The position numbers were made by a program, and so were the translations under genes. The notes under the pieces are model-generated. The model ran no database searches. It was not told the DNA's origin and worked only from the letters and a program-made list of their open reading frames with translations. A stretch of DNA of 45,767 bases. It comes from a virus (lineage: Duplodnaviria; Caudoviricetes). Within the stretch, counting starts at the first letter, position 1. The number at the start of each line of letters is the position of its first letter. Shown piece by piece: positions 8,895-18,700 of this stretch. The stretch spans positions 1-45,767 of IMG/VR virus record IMGVR_UViG_3300017913_001550; one strand, given 5' to 3'.

Positions 8895-11290
8895 TATATA
8901 GTTCCATTATACACCCAAGCACCTGGAAACTCTAATGTATTGTAATCAATAGTGTAAAACTCTACTGACTGATCTGCTGGATTGTTCGGAGTAGCACCTG
9001 GGACTTTTGCGTTCCAGCCTACTGTAAACGGTCCGCTTACGAATGCATTTCTACCCACTGAACTTCCGTCCTTCAAACCATCAAATAATATACCATCAAC
9101 ATCAAACCCAATACCAATTACAACACCGTTCTGAAAACAAACAACTCTTGCACCTTGTGCTCCAGGAAATCCTAAGTAGTCTGCTGTTTTTTCATGCAAT
9201 CCATTTGTGTCTGTTGTAATACGCATCCAACCATTCAATGTATTGTTTTCCAATAAGTTAAAGAATTGACTGTTGTTTGCTGGAATGTTTGTAGTAATTG
9301 CTTCTAAATCTTGTGTTGCACCACCTACACCACGTTTAACAAATTTGTATCCTGTAATACTTGTTTTAGCATTTAACAAATCTGTAGCACTTCCCATTTG
9401 TGTAGTTTGGTTTACATATCTACCACCAATGTAACCAATACCTCTTCTAAGAACTCTATCAACACCGTATTTTCTAAAGTATCTTGGATTTCCGCGACTA
9501 TCTGTTCCATGGTTAGCATAATAATGAGAACCTAAAATTCTTGCTTCTGTACCATTAGCAAAATTTTCTGCAGGTGCTAGTCTTTCTAATTGTGCTTTTA
9601 CTCCGTTAGTATCTAAACCTTTTGTATCAAGATGGAAAGTAATTGTGTTAACAATACCACTGATCTTATTATCAATGTACTGTTTTGTTGCCAACGTTGT
9701 TGTTACTGTGTCGTTATCAGCATTTGAGAACGTCGGATCTTTGCTAATTGTGCTGAAACTTCTTCCGCCACTATCTGTAAACTTTGTACTTTTAACATTT
9801 GAAACAATACCGCCAACACCAATTGCTGAGTTGTTGATGTTTACCTGTTGAATAGTTCCGTCTTTAATTACAGTTCCTGATCCTTGAATTGTTGAATCTT
9901 TTATAGTAACACTGTCAATGGTTAAATCTGTAATGGCTCTGCCACTGTCTTGACTTGGAATAGCACCTTTACCAATTGTACCTTTTGAAACATTTCCATT
10001 GTAATGTTCTGAAGTTCCTTCAAAAGTAGCAGTGCTTCTAAATCTATTAGCACTGTCCATAAACGTATTGTTGCCTCTGAACGTAAAGTTACCTGTAATA
10101 TTATGTGCCGCAGTAATTGTCTGTGCTGTGGATTTTAGTACACCGTCATCTACAAAAGCCGCTGTTCCTTCAAAACGTTGATTATCTAAATCAACTAGTA
10201 CTGTCCCGCCTGTAGTTTGTACATTACCTGTTACGTTACCTGTTACGTTACCTACCACATTACCTGTGTTTGTTCCTACAGTATCACCTACAATATCACC
10301 AACAACATTTGCAAAAATGCTGTCAGCGTATATGTTTCTCCATTTTAAACTAGGAGAACCAAAGTTAAATTCTTCATCAACGCCAGGTAATACATCCTTA
10401 CCGCTGAATCCCATAACAGTTTTATCTTGCCCTGAACCTGCGTAGTTAACACCAATTGCTAAACTATCTGTGCCTGTTGCCCAAATTTTAGTATTATTAT
10501 TGACATGCTTGATTACAAGTTCATCATTTGGTCCAAAGTTTACACCGTCTGGATCATTTCTAAATTTATAATTTCCTGTTACTAGTTCAGCATCTGCTAG
10601 GTTAGCGTATGTATCTCCGTCACGTCCTTTTAACTTATCACTGTCAGTTGCTGTCCCTACATACTTGGTTGCAGTGCTTTGATCATTTGCAGTAGTTCCT
10701 TCAAGTGTAATACCTTTATGTAGATCTGTAAATCCTGTAATTGGTGTTTCTGCTTGATCGATTGTAAAATTGTCATCTGCTATAATTGCATAAATGCTTC
10801 CGTCAACATATCCAGCGGCTACTGCATGATCGTTGCCGTCAGTATCTGTAACTTTCATTGATACCCATTTTGTAATACCAAAGCCTGTTACGCCTTCTGG
10901 TCCAATTAATACGTGTTCGTCACCGTCATTGGACCAAGCATATAATTTATTATCGTCGGCGTCCCACCATAAATCGCCTTCTTTCCTTGATCCTGGTGCA
11001 GTGTTGCCTACATCTAAAATTGCAACTTGTCTCCATTTCACACCATCAAAAACAGCAGGACGAAGAACATCTACGTCTTTGTCAAACCAAAGTTGTCCTA
11101 CCAACGGCTTACTAGGTGGCGTAGTAGTACTAGCAAAGTTTTCTAATAACTTTACAAAGTTTTCATTCTGCGTTTCACCATATCCTGCAACATTACGTCC
11201 AACCAAGTTTAGGTCGGTTGTGGTATCGACTACACCATCTGCAAGTGTTACAAGAGTTGTTCCGTCTGTTCTATTAATTGTATATGGCAT
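8894..11290 (-). CDS. tail fibre protein (paralog)
   Basis: N-terminus MPYTINRTDG...LVGRNVAGYGE..NENFVKLLENFA...GQLWFD...GDLWWD; GNVT repeats at ~10220-10305. Confidence 0.75.
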   Translation of the reverse strand: MPYTINRTDGTTLVTLADGVVDTTTDLNLVGRNVAGYGETQNENFVKLLENFASTTTPPSKPLVGQLWFDKDVDVLRPAVFDGVKWRQVAILDVGNTAPGSRKEGDLWWDADDNKLYAWSNDGDEHVLIGPEGVTGFGITKWVSMKVTDTDGNDHAVAAGYVDGSIYAIIADDNFTIDQAETPITGFTDLHKGITLEGTTANDQSTATKYVGTATDSDKLKGRDGDTYANLADAELVTGNYKFRNDPDGVNFGPNDELVIKHVNNNTKIWATGTDSLAIGVNYAGSGQDKTVMGFSGKDVLPGVDEEFNFGSPSLKWRNIYADSIFANVVGDIVGDTVGTNTGNVVGNVTGNVTGNVQTTGGTVLVDLDNQRFEGTAAFVDDGVLKSTAQTITAAHNITGNFTFRGNNTFMDSANRFRSTATFEGTSEHYNGNVSKGTIGKGAIPSQDSGRAITDLTIDSVTIKDSTIQGSGTVIKDGTIQQVNINNSAIGVGGIVSNVKSTKFTDSGGRSFSTISKDPTFSNADNDTVTTTLATKQYIDNKISGIVNTITFHLDTKGLDTNGVKAQLERLAPAENFANGTEARILGSHYYANHGTDSRGNPRYFRKYGVDRVLRRGIGYIGGRYVNQTTQMGSATDLLNAKTSITGYKFVKRGVGGATQDLEAITTNIPANNSQFFNLLENNTLNGWMRITTDTNGLHEKTADYLGFPGAQGARVVCFQNGVVIGIGFDVDGILFDGLKDGSSVGRNAFVSGPFTVGWNAKVPGATPNNPADQSVEFYTIDYNTLEFPGAWVYNGTI

Positions 11291-11299
11291 ATTCTATCC

Positions 11300-13111
11300 T
11301 TATGGAGTAATCACGCTAGTGTACGTCCAAGTCCCTCCGCTGATTGTTAACAAGTGATATGTTCTGTTTACACCAAGTGAACTACCCGATAATGTAATAC
11401 CATTTGGTACACTGAAGTTTTTAACCACAGATACTGTAGGAGGTGTTCCTACATTTTGTACAGTTTGATAGTCTACTTCAATTTGGTTTGTTCCTGTAGC
11501 ACTTGTAACTACAGAAATAGGTGTTTGTGCACCAGCAAGTGTAATTTCTTCTGCTAAAATTCTAGCAGTAGTACCATCTTCAAAATTACTTGCAGGAGCA
11601 AGATTGTTCAATGCAGTTGGTAAGAAAGTACTTGCAGTTTCACCTGTTATGTTAATTGTAAAGAACAGTGTTCTAGATCTAATTGCTTCATTTACATGTG
11701 CTTTGTTTGCCGCATCAGTATCAACTACAGGTGCCGCAACATTTGTAATTTTGCTAGTATTAGCATTAATGCTACCTGTACCTGCTGGTCTTAATTCAAT
11801 ATCTGCATTTGAATCTAGCGTTTCAATTACATTGCCTTCAAGTTTAATTCCATCAACTTGTAATTCTTTTAATACACCAACCTGTTCTAAACTACTCTTT
11901 GTAACACCACTACCTAACGTGTCACCGCTTAATACACTTGCACCGGCAACAAAATATGATTTGCCACTTGCTACATTGTGTCCTTCTGAACTGGACCAAT
12001 ATCCTCCAGATTGACTCCAACTGAATGTATGATCAGTTGTACCTTTAAGTGTAATACCGCCGCCATCAGCAAGTGCATCAGTTGGGTTATCACTGTATGC
12101 AAGTTCAATATTTTTATCACCTACTCTAGTATTCTGTGTATCAACAAAAGTTGTTGTACCATTTACAGTAAGATTTTGTTGTACAACAACATCACCGCCA
12201 AATTCAGTTGTGCTGTTGGTTCTATTTTCAAATACTTTTACTTGTAGTGCAGAACTATCAATGGTTATTGCATCAATAATACCTAAACTACCACTAGTTG
12301 TGTTAATTTGTACTTTAAAATCTTTGTCTTGTAGGTTATTTTTTAGAACAGTGGTATCACCATCTACTTCAATATTAAGATCTTGTTCACCGCCTATAAC
12401 AATACCTGTGTCTGTTTGAATACTTAACTGACTTGTTGATGTACTCGCAATATCACCACGTAAGAAGTTACCCGGATCAACACCTGCAATATTATCAGCG
12501 TTGGTTGCTGTACCATGCAATTTTAAACCTGTTACATTAGTACTAAAGTTTAAACCTACCTTGATAGTAGAAAAACCAGTAATAGCAACTTTAGGTGTAA
12601 ATTCTACCTTACTTAAAATACCTACTAATAAATCATTTACAAATAATTTTGTGATAGGTCTACTGTTATTGTTTGTATCTAAAATGTTTTCAACAATCCA
12701 ACCGTGTTTACCTTGACCTGCTGTGTAAATAGGACCTGCCAGTCCTAGATCAACTCCATCATAAAAGTAAAGTTGATTGTTTAATGAATCTACCCAAAGG
12801 TCACCTTTAACTAAACCTGTTGGCTGTTCTTCTTGTACTAAAGGACCACCAGTTGGTTTAAATTCTGTGCCTGTATAAACTTTTAGTCTACCTTCTAGTT
12901 TATCATACCAAAGTTGTCCATCTACAGGATTTGTCGGAGCAGTTGTACTAGCAAAATTCTCCAACATATGAATTAGATTTTCGTTGAAGATTTCTCCATA
13001 GTTGGCATACTTTTTACCAACTAAACTTAGGTCAGTAGTTGTAGTATCTACTGTTCCGTCAACAATAGTTGCTAGTACTGTACCGTCTGTTTTGTTAATC
13101 GTATATGCCAT
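11300..13111 (-). CDS. tail fibre protein (paralog)
   Basis: N-terminus MAYTINKTDG...LVGKKYANYGE..NEN...LENFA...GQLWYD; P...TDAANKAHV fibre knot motif. Confidence 0.75.
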   Translation of the reverse strand: MAYTINKTDGTVLATIVDGTVDTTTTDLSLVGKKYANYGEIFNENLIHMLENFASTTAPTNPVDGQLWYDKLEGRLKVYTGTEFKPTGGPLVQEEQPTGLVKGDLWVDSLNNQLYFYDGVDLGLAGPIYTAGQGKHGWIVENILDTNNNSRPITKLFVNDLLVGILSKVEFTPKVAITGFSTIKVGLNFSTNVTGLKLHGTATNADNIAGVDPGNFLRGDIASTSTSQLSIQTDTGIVIGGEQDLNIEVDGDTTVLKNNLQDKDFKVQINTTSGSLGIIDAITIDSSALQVKVFENRTNSTTEFGGDVVVQQNLTVNGTTTFVDTQNTRVGDKNIELAYSDNPTDALADGGGITLKGTTDHTFSWSQSGGYWSSSEGHNVASGKSYFVAGASVLSGDTLGSGVTKSSLEQVGVLKELQVDGIKLEGNVIETLDSNADIELRPAGTGSINANTSKITNVAAPVVDTDAANKAHVNEAIRSRTLFFTINITGETASTFLPTALNNLAPASNFEDGTTARILAEEITLAGAQTPISVVTSATGTNQIEVDYQTVQNVGTPPTVSVVKNFSVPNGITLSGSSLGVNRTYHLLTISGGTWTYTSVITP

Positions 13112-15099
13112 TATTTGCTCGCCCTAATAATATAATTTAATGTTAAGTATGGATTCATTACAGGAATAGTTGAGAAAGGTCCATCATTACCTGCCGCTCC
13201 ATCAAACTGTGAACCTGAACCTACATCATCGTCTGTGATGTCATATGACTCAGCACCTGCTGAACCACCAAGTGTATCTGCTTGACCATCTGTAACCCTA
13301 TTAGAACTACCGCCGCCGCCGTCAACTGGATTGTTATCAGCGTCTTGCACTGTAAGTCCATTGTCCATGTTATCCTTACCTAGTGGGAATCTACCACGTA
13401 GGTCTGGAACGTTGAATGTGTTTGGATTTTGTCCTGAACCGTATGTTGTACCAATTACTGTAAACAAATCGTTGTACGTTGCAATCGGAACTTCACTACC
13501 ATCACATAATAAAAAACCTGCTGGTGCTGTTGCACCTGCGTATGGCATAATTGCGCCTACCGGTACAGTTGGTGCGCCTTCAAAGAAATCGTCATATCTA
13601 ATTTTCTTTAGACCTACGTTTCTTCTTGAAATCAATAGTGTGTCACTAATAACTGTATCAGTAACTGCATCTTGATCATCAATTGCGTCCTGTGTTACAG
13701 TTACGTTGAATGTTTTTTCAGTACCGCCTGTTTGTCCATCAAAACTGAAACCTGTTGCATCAGCCATGTGTCCACCAACTTTAAATGTAGTACTTGCTAC
13801 TAATCTGTCAGCAGTTCCGTTAACATTACCTGTAACATCACCTACCACAGTTCCAACTAATCTTCCTGTAAAAATTTGTGAATGAACATTGTTAAATCTT
13901 TTGCTGGTCGTACCAATTGTTAACTTGTTATCAACACTAGGAGCAATGCCTGTTGCACCTTCTACTGGATCATCTTCACCAATAGCAAGATGTCCGCCGA
14001 TGCTAGTGTCGCCACCTACAAATAGTTTTTTCTCAATACCTGCACCACCTGCAACTCTAAATGCTCCTGTTGTTGTAGAAGTAGCATCTGTAGTGCTTGC
14101 CGCCTGTAGTGTGTCAGTAAAGTGTCCGCCGCCTGTAACATCTAGTGCAACAGCCGGAGAAAGTTGATTAATACCCACACGCTGGTTAGCACCATCAACC
14201 CTTACTACAGTTTCGATATCACCTGTTGAGTTTGGAAATACTTTGAAATCAATATTACCGTCAGTTGAGTTGTTTTTAATTACAGCATTGTTACTTGCAA
14301 TTTCTAAGTTAAAGATTTGATTTGCACCAACAGTAACACCACCGTTGTTTCTTACAAACAACTGTCCGTTTGTTGTATCTGTAATGTCACTTCTTAAAAA
14401 GTTATTTGCATTTACAATTTCTACTGAAGGTTGTGTAACGCTAAGTGCATCTGCTTTTGTTGCACTTGCATGTAATTTGTTAAGGACAATACCGTTACCG
14501 TCAAAGTCTTTGTTTGAAATATTTACACCTGGAAAAATTTCAGTAAAGCCTTCGATGTCCTGTCTTGGAATAAATTGATCTTTTGAAATAATTGTTACAA
14601 CTTTGTCATCCACATAATTTTTTATAACTGTGTGATTTGCACCTGTTGTATCTGTAACCACTTCTGCTTCTGCACCTGATTTAAGTCCTCCGCTGAAGTT
14701 TGGCCCTACAAGTTGAAACTGTGATCCTGTGTATAAAAATACCTGAGTATTTGTTGTATCTGCCCAAAGGTCTCCTTTGATTGCATTTTCTGGTTCAGTT
14801 GCTGAAACATGAAGTCCACCTGCTGGTCTCCAGTTAGCACTGCCTGCTGTAGAATCATTAACTAGTAATCTACTTGTAGCACTATCATACCATAGTTGTC
14901 CTTCAATTGGATTTGCTGGTGCAGTGCCATTTGCAAAATTTTCTAAAATGTGTACAAAATTTTCTGCAATAGCCTGGCCATAAGTTGGTTCATTACGACC
15001 AATTAATGTTAATGACGTATCGCTTGTGTTCCTACTATTGTCGTCGACAGTAATAGGAGTCTTTTGAACTGCATTTGTAAAGTTTACTGTATACGCCAT
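13111..15099 (-). CDS. short tail fibre with phage tail collar domain (T4 gp12-like C-terminus)
   Basis: Collar motif PVGAIMPYAG..APAGFLLCDG......Y..LF.VIGTTYG....FNVPDLRGRFPLG (~13378-13563); same paralogous N-terminus. Confidence 0.85.
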   Translation of the reverse strand: MAYTVNFTNAVQKTPITVDDNSRNTSDTSLTLIGRNEPTYGQAIAENFVHILENFANGTAPANPIEGQLWYDSATSRLLVNDSTAGSANWRPAGGLHVSATEPENAIKGDLWADTTNTQVFLYTGSQFQLVGPNFSGGLKSGAEAEVVTDTTGANHTVIKNYVDDKVVTIISKDQFIPRQDIEGFTEIFPGVNISNKDFDGNGIVLNKLHASATKADALSVTQPSVEIVNANNFLRSDITDTTNGQLFVRNNGGVTVGANQIFNLEIASNNAVIKNNSTDGNIDFKVFPNSTGDIETVVRVDGANQRVGINQLSPAVALDVTGGGHFTDTLQAASTTDATSTTTGAFRVAGGAGIEKKLFVGGDTSIGGHLAIGEDDPVEGATGIAPSVDNKLTIGTTSKRFNNVHSQIFTGRLVGTVVGDVTGNVNGTADRLVASTTFKVGGHMADATGFSFDGQTGGTEKTFNVTVTQDAIDDQDAVTDTVISDTLLISRRNVGLKKIRYDDFFEGAPTVPVGAIMPYAGATAPAGFLLCDGSEVPIATYNDLFTVIGTTYGSGQNPNTFNVPDLRGRFPLGKDNMDNGLTVQDADNNPVDGGGGSSNRVTDGQADTLGGSAGAESYDITDDDVGSGSQFDGAAGNDGPFSTIPVMNPYLTLNYIIRASK

Positions 15100-15102
15100 C
15101 TA

Positions 15103-15765
15103 TTAAATCTCACTAATATTTGTTAAACTCTGTATTCTTACTGTGTAATCAATTTGAATAAGTCTATTCAATGATTTTTGTACAGGGTGGAAAATAACGT
15201 GTGTCAACAATCTACCCTCATTAGCACCTTCTGTGCTGTACGCTCTTAATCCTAATTCATCAAAGACATAGTTGCCATCTAAGTCATTGCTGTTATCAAA
15301 TGCTTCTTGCCCTGTAGGTTCACCATAGTCTAACAAACAACTAACGAGGATGTCTGTATATGTTGTTCCTAATGTATGTCTTGTTTCAATAAAGTTTCTA
15401 GCAGGATCAGTGTTGTTAACATTGTTATCATCAACTGTTTTATAGTATGTTTGATTGTATAACGATGCATTAACACCTGTGTTATTAGGTGTCAAGTACG
15501 TAATAATACCTGTTGGATCAACTGTAGTACCACCATTACCAAAAGCCATTTCAACAATATTACCCTTGCCTTCATTACCCAATGATTCAGCAAGTGAAAT
15601 ACTCATGTTTTCATAGTGGATAGCATTTCTTTTATCAATTAAAACTTCTCCTGTTTTAGGATCAAAGATTTTGATATGGCCTTCCATATGAATTCCTGTA
15701 TTTTCGTTAGGCTTTTCTGTATGTGTTACTTGTTTGTCCTGCACTGTGTTATCCTGTTCTGACAT
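15103..15765 (-). CDS. conserved virion (baseplate/fibre-attachment) protein
   Basis: 220-aa ORF in the structural operon; FGNGGT, FDELGL and THVIFHPVQKS motifs; TAAATA upstream at 15780-15785. Confidence 0.65.
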   Translation of the reverse strand: MSEQDNTVQDKQVTHTEKPNENTGIHMEGHIKIFDPKTGEVLIDKRNAIHYENMSISLAESLGNEGKGNIVEMAFGNGGTTVDPTGIITYLTPNNTGVNASLYNQTYYKTVDDNNVNNTDPARNFIETRHTLGTTYTDILVSCLLDYGEPTGQEAFDNSNDLDGNYVFDELGLRAYSTEGANEGRLLTHVIFHPVQKSLNRLIQIDYTVRIQSLTNISEI

Positions 15766-15768
15766 TGG

Positions 15769-18700
15769 TTATTCCTTAATATTTATTATAGGTAAACCAC
15801 TAGGTCTTTCAAGTAAGAAGTCACTTTGTGGTGTTTTTGCACGTTGTAGAGTCTGCCCGTTAGACGCCGTAGACGCTCCTTTTCCGTACCAAACCTTACC
15901 TTGACGCTGTATTACTTTTACTTCAGCACCTATCGCTGGTTCATCTCTTAATGTTAATTTATAGTAGCCCGCGGCATCACTGTCACCGACTGGCGTAATT
16001 GTGTATTCTGCTATCTGTACCACATCTGATGAGGTATTTGCACTGTTTACATCTCCAGAATCAAACGCTATTTCAGCATCATGAATAGTAATTTGGTTGG
16101 TAGATGGCGTAGGTTTTTGTAATTTCTTGCCGCCAACATATACCTCTACTTGATTATGTGCATCAACACCACTAGCAAAGTTAATTGTTTCAAGAACATG
16201 TACTTTTTTGCCATTTGGTAGATCATTTGATGTAATTGCTTCATAAACATTTAATGATTCCCTGTATGGTATTGTTTGATCTGGACCTTGATCGTCAACT
16301 CGTGTGCCTGCTTTATACAATGACTTGATGCTTGTACCAAGTGTTCCTCTGGTTAATTGTGATAATGTGTTGTTTTCAACCTTATAAAACTCAATTCTCT
16401 CCTGTCCAACGAATACAACACCTGGAATTCTGTTTTTTGGATCTGGTGTAGGTAGGAAACTAGCACTTACCAACGAAATTTCAGTGTCTGTATTTTTCAA
16501 ATCAGCGGCAAGTGTGGTTGTATCTGAAAGACTTAGACGTTTATAGTGTGTTCTGTTCAACATATCTTTGAATACTTTGTAACCAATACTGTCATGGCTG
16601 ACATCTTCTTGGAAACTTGTAACCACTACTCTGTCAGTTGTGTCTTGTGCAAATCTATTATCAATATATACAGTTTGTTGATCATCCAATACCTTGTAAT
16701 CAATGTCAGCAACCAATGGATTTCCATTTAGTTCTACCCAAACATAGTTACTGTCGACAACTTTTCTACCAAGACTGTAGTTACCGCCAAGTTGTCCTTT
16801 GTAAACTTCTTTACGCATCAAGTTATTATCATGATTACTGAATGTAGTAACTCTGATTGTGGATCCAACCACACCGTCGATGCTGGTAGAGTCACCAAAC
16901 GAATGTCTTAGTATTTTTAATCTGCCTGCACCTGTGCTATCAGCATCAGTTTCTTTTGTAATTTCATAATCATGATTTCTAAGAATAGTAATAGCAATAA
17001 CATCACCACTTGTTAATCTTCCACTATAGAATGTTAACAAATTAGTAGCAGTGTTAAACTGATAATCTTGAATTGGTACTAGTTTTACTCCGTTCTGGTG
17101 TACTTCTAGTTCTCCAAGTGCTAGACTAAATGCTGGATACTCAGGATCTTGGCTTACTAGGTAATCTAATGTTACACCATTGCTTACATAATAAACAGTA
17201 TCTGGTGCCTTTAGTCGCTTGCCGTCTATTTCTACAATAGCCATTGCATGGAACGGTTCAATTTTATCTGGTGTTTGTGATAAATTAAACTCTGTTGTAC
17301 TTCCATCTGTTGTGAAAACATCAGTTTTAATTTCACTAAATGTTTTGTCAGTGCCTTGTAAGCCTGTAATCTGTACAACTGCTCCTGATTCTACAGGCGG
17401 GTTAACAAGATCAACAATAGTGCTTCCAGTGTCTGCATCTTTTCTAAATACATAATCTCTTTTTACTCCATTAACAGTTACAAATGCACTTTGTACATCA
17501 CCAAACTTAGATGTTAACAAGAATTCAGTAGTACTTCCATCACCTGTAAATGTTTTTCTTTCTAATATTTTACTACCAGCAACGTTTAAAGTTTGAATAG
17601 TTACTACTTTACCATCATCTGGTGCATCTTCGTCTGCTGGGAAGTTAACAGTTTTATTTTGATAGTCTACTGAATAACGATCTGTTACACTATCGTCGTC
17701 TGTTCTTGTGTAATATGTTCCATCAACTGTAACATAGATACTATCTTCTGTACCAGGTAGTCTATTAAATGCAAATGACCTTGTTGTACCGTCTCCGAAA
17801 AATCTCACTGTTTCAATAATAGGTGAGCCATCTGATGGTGCGTTGTATACTTGCATCGACAACGTATCAAATACTTGTCCAGGCACTACTTCTTCAGGTG
17901 CATGTGAAGTATCAGGTGTAACAAAACCGTCACCATCTAAACTAATATCTTCTGCACTAGTACCTGTTGCTGTAGTATAAGCAAAATTTCCACCACTAAT
18001 TAGTGTGTCAATATTGTTTACATCAGTTGGAACAATACTACCATCTGAATCTTCTTGTCTAAACACAACCAATACACCATCTGCTGGTGTTGTTGCTAAA
18101 CTAAACTGTGTGGTACTACCATCGCCGACCAATGTTGGAGTATTTGTTGGGTCCTGTCTAACACCATCAAAGTATACATTCAATTTAACTTGATCTTTTG
18201 GTGTATAAGCGAGTGTAAATGTCGATGTGCTACCGTCTGCACGGAAAGCAAAGTCAGTATTAGTACCTGCGAAAGTATCCCAACCATGGCTAAACCACGG
18301 AAGTCCGTCCCAACCAACACTAATGCCAAAGTCTAAGCCTTGTACTTCTACACCTTCGTATTCCACACCAGTCATTAATTGCTTAGGATCTTTACCTGCC
18401 ATGCCTGCTGTTGGTTTGTAATAGTATTCAATTCTATCAACGGCGTGCATGAGATCAATATTCTTTTTGTACTTGATTGTTACAGTGCTCTTTGCCTCTG
18501 CAGGTAAAGTGAATACAACATAACCTTCACGTTTGCTGTATGTTTTTCCTGCAACATTGACAATTTGTATTTCAAAGTTTTCAATGTATAATGTTTCATT
18601 GTTTACGTCAATTTCAAACTGTCTTTTATCAAGTGTTGGTAAGAAAGTTAATTTGTACTTTAACTGTCCTGCTGTGCTGGTAAAAGTATCTGTCGCAGTT

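Noticed and set aside
6160-15099. Diversity-generating retroelement or invertase-based fibre switching
   Set aside because: No reverse transcriptase, recombinase or near-identical template/variable repeat pair was seen. Paralog similarity is at the protein level only.
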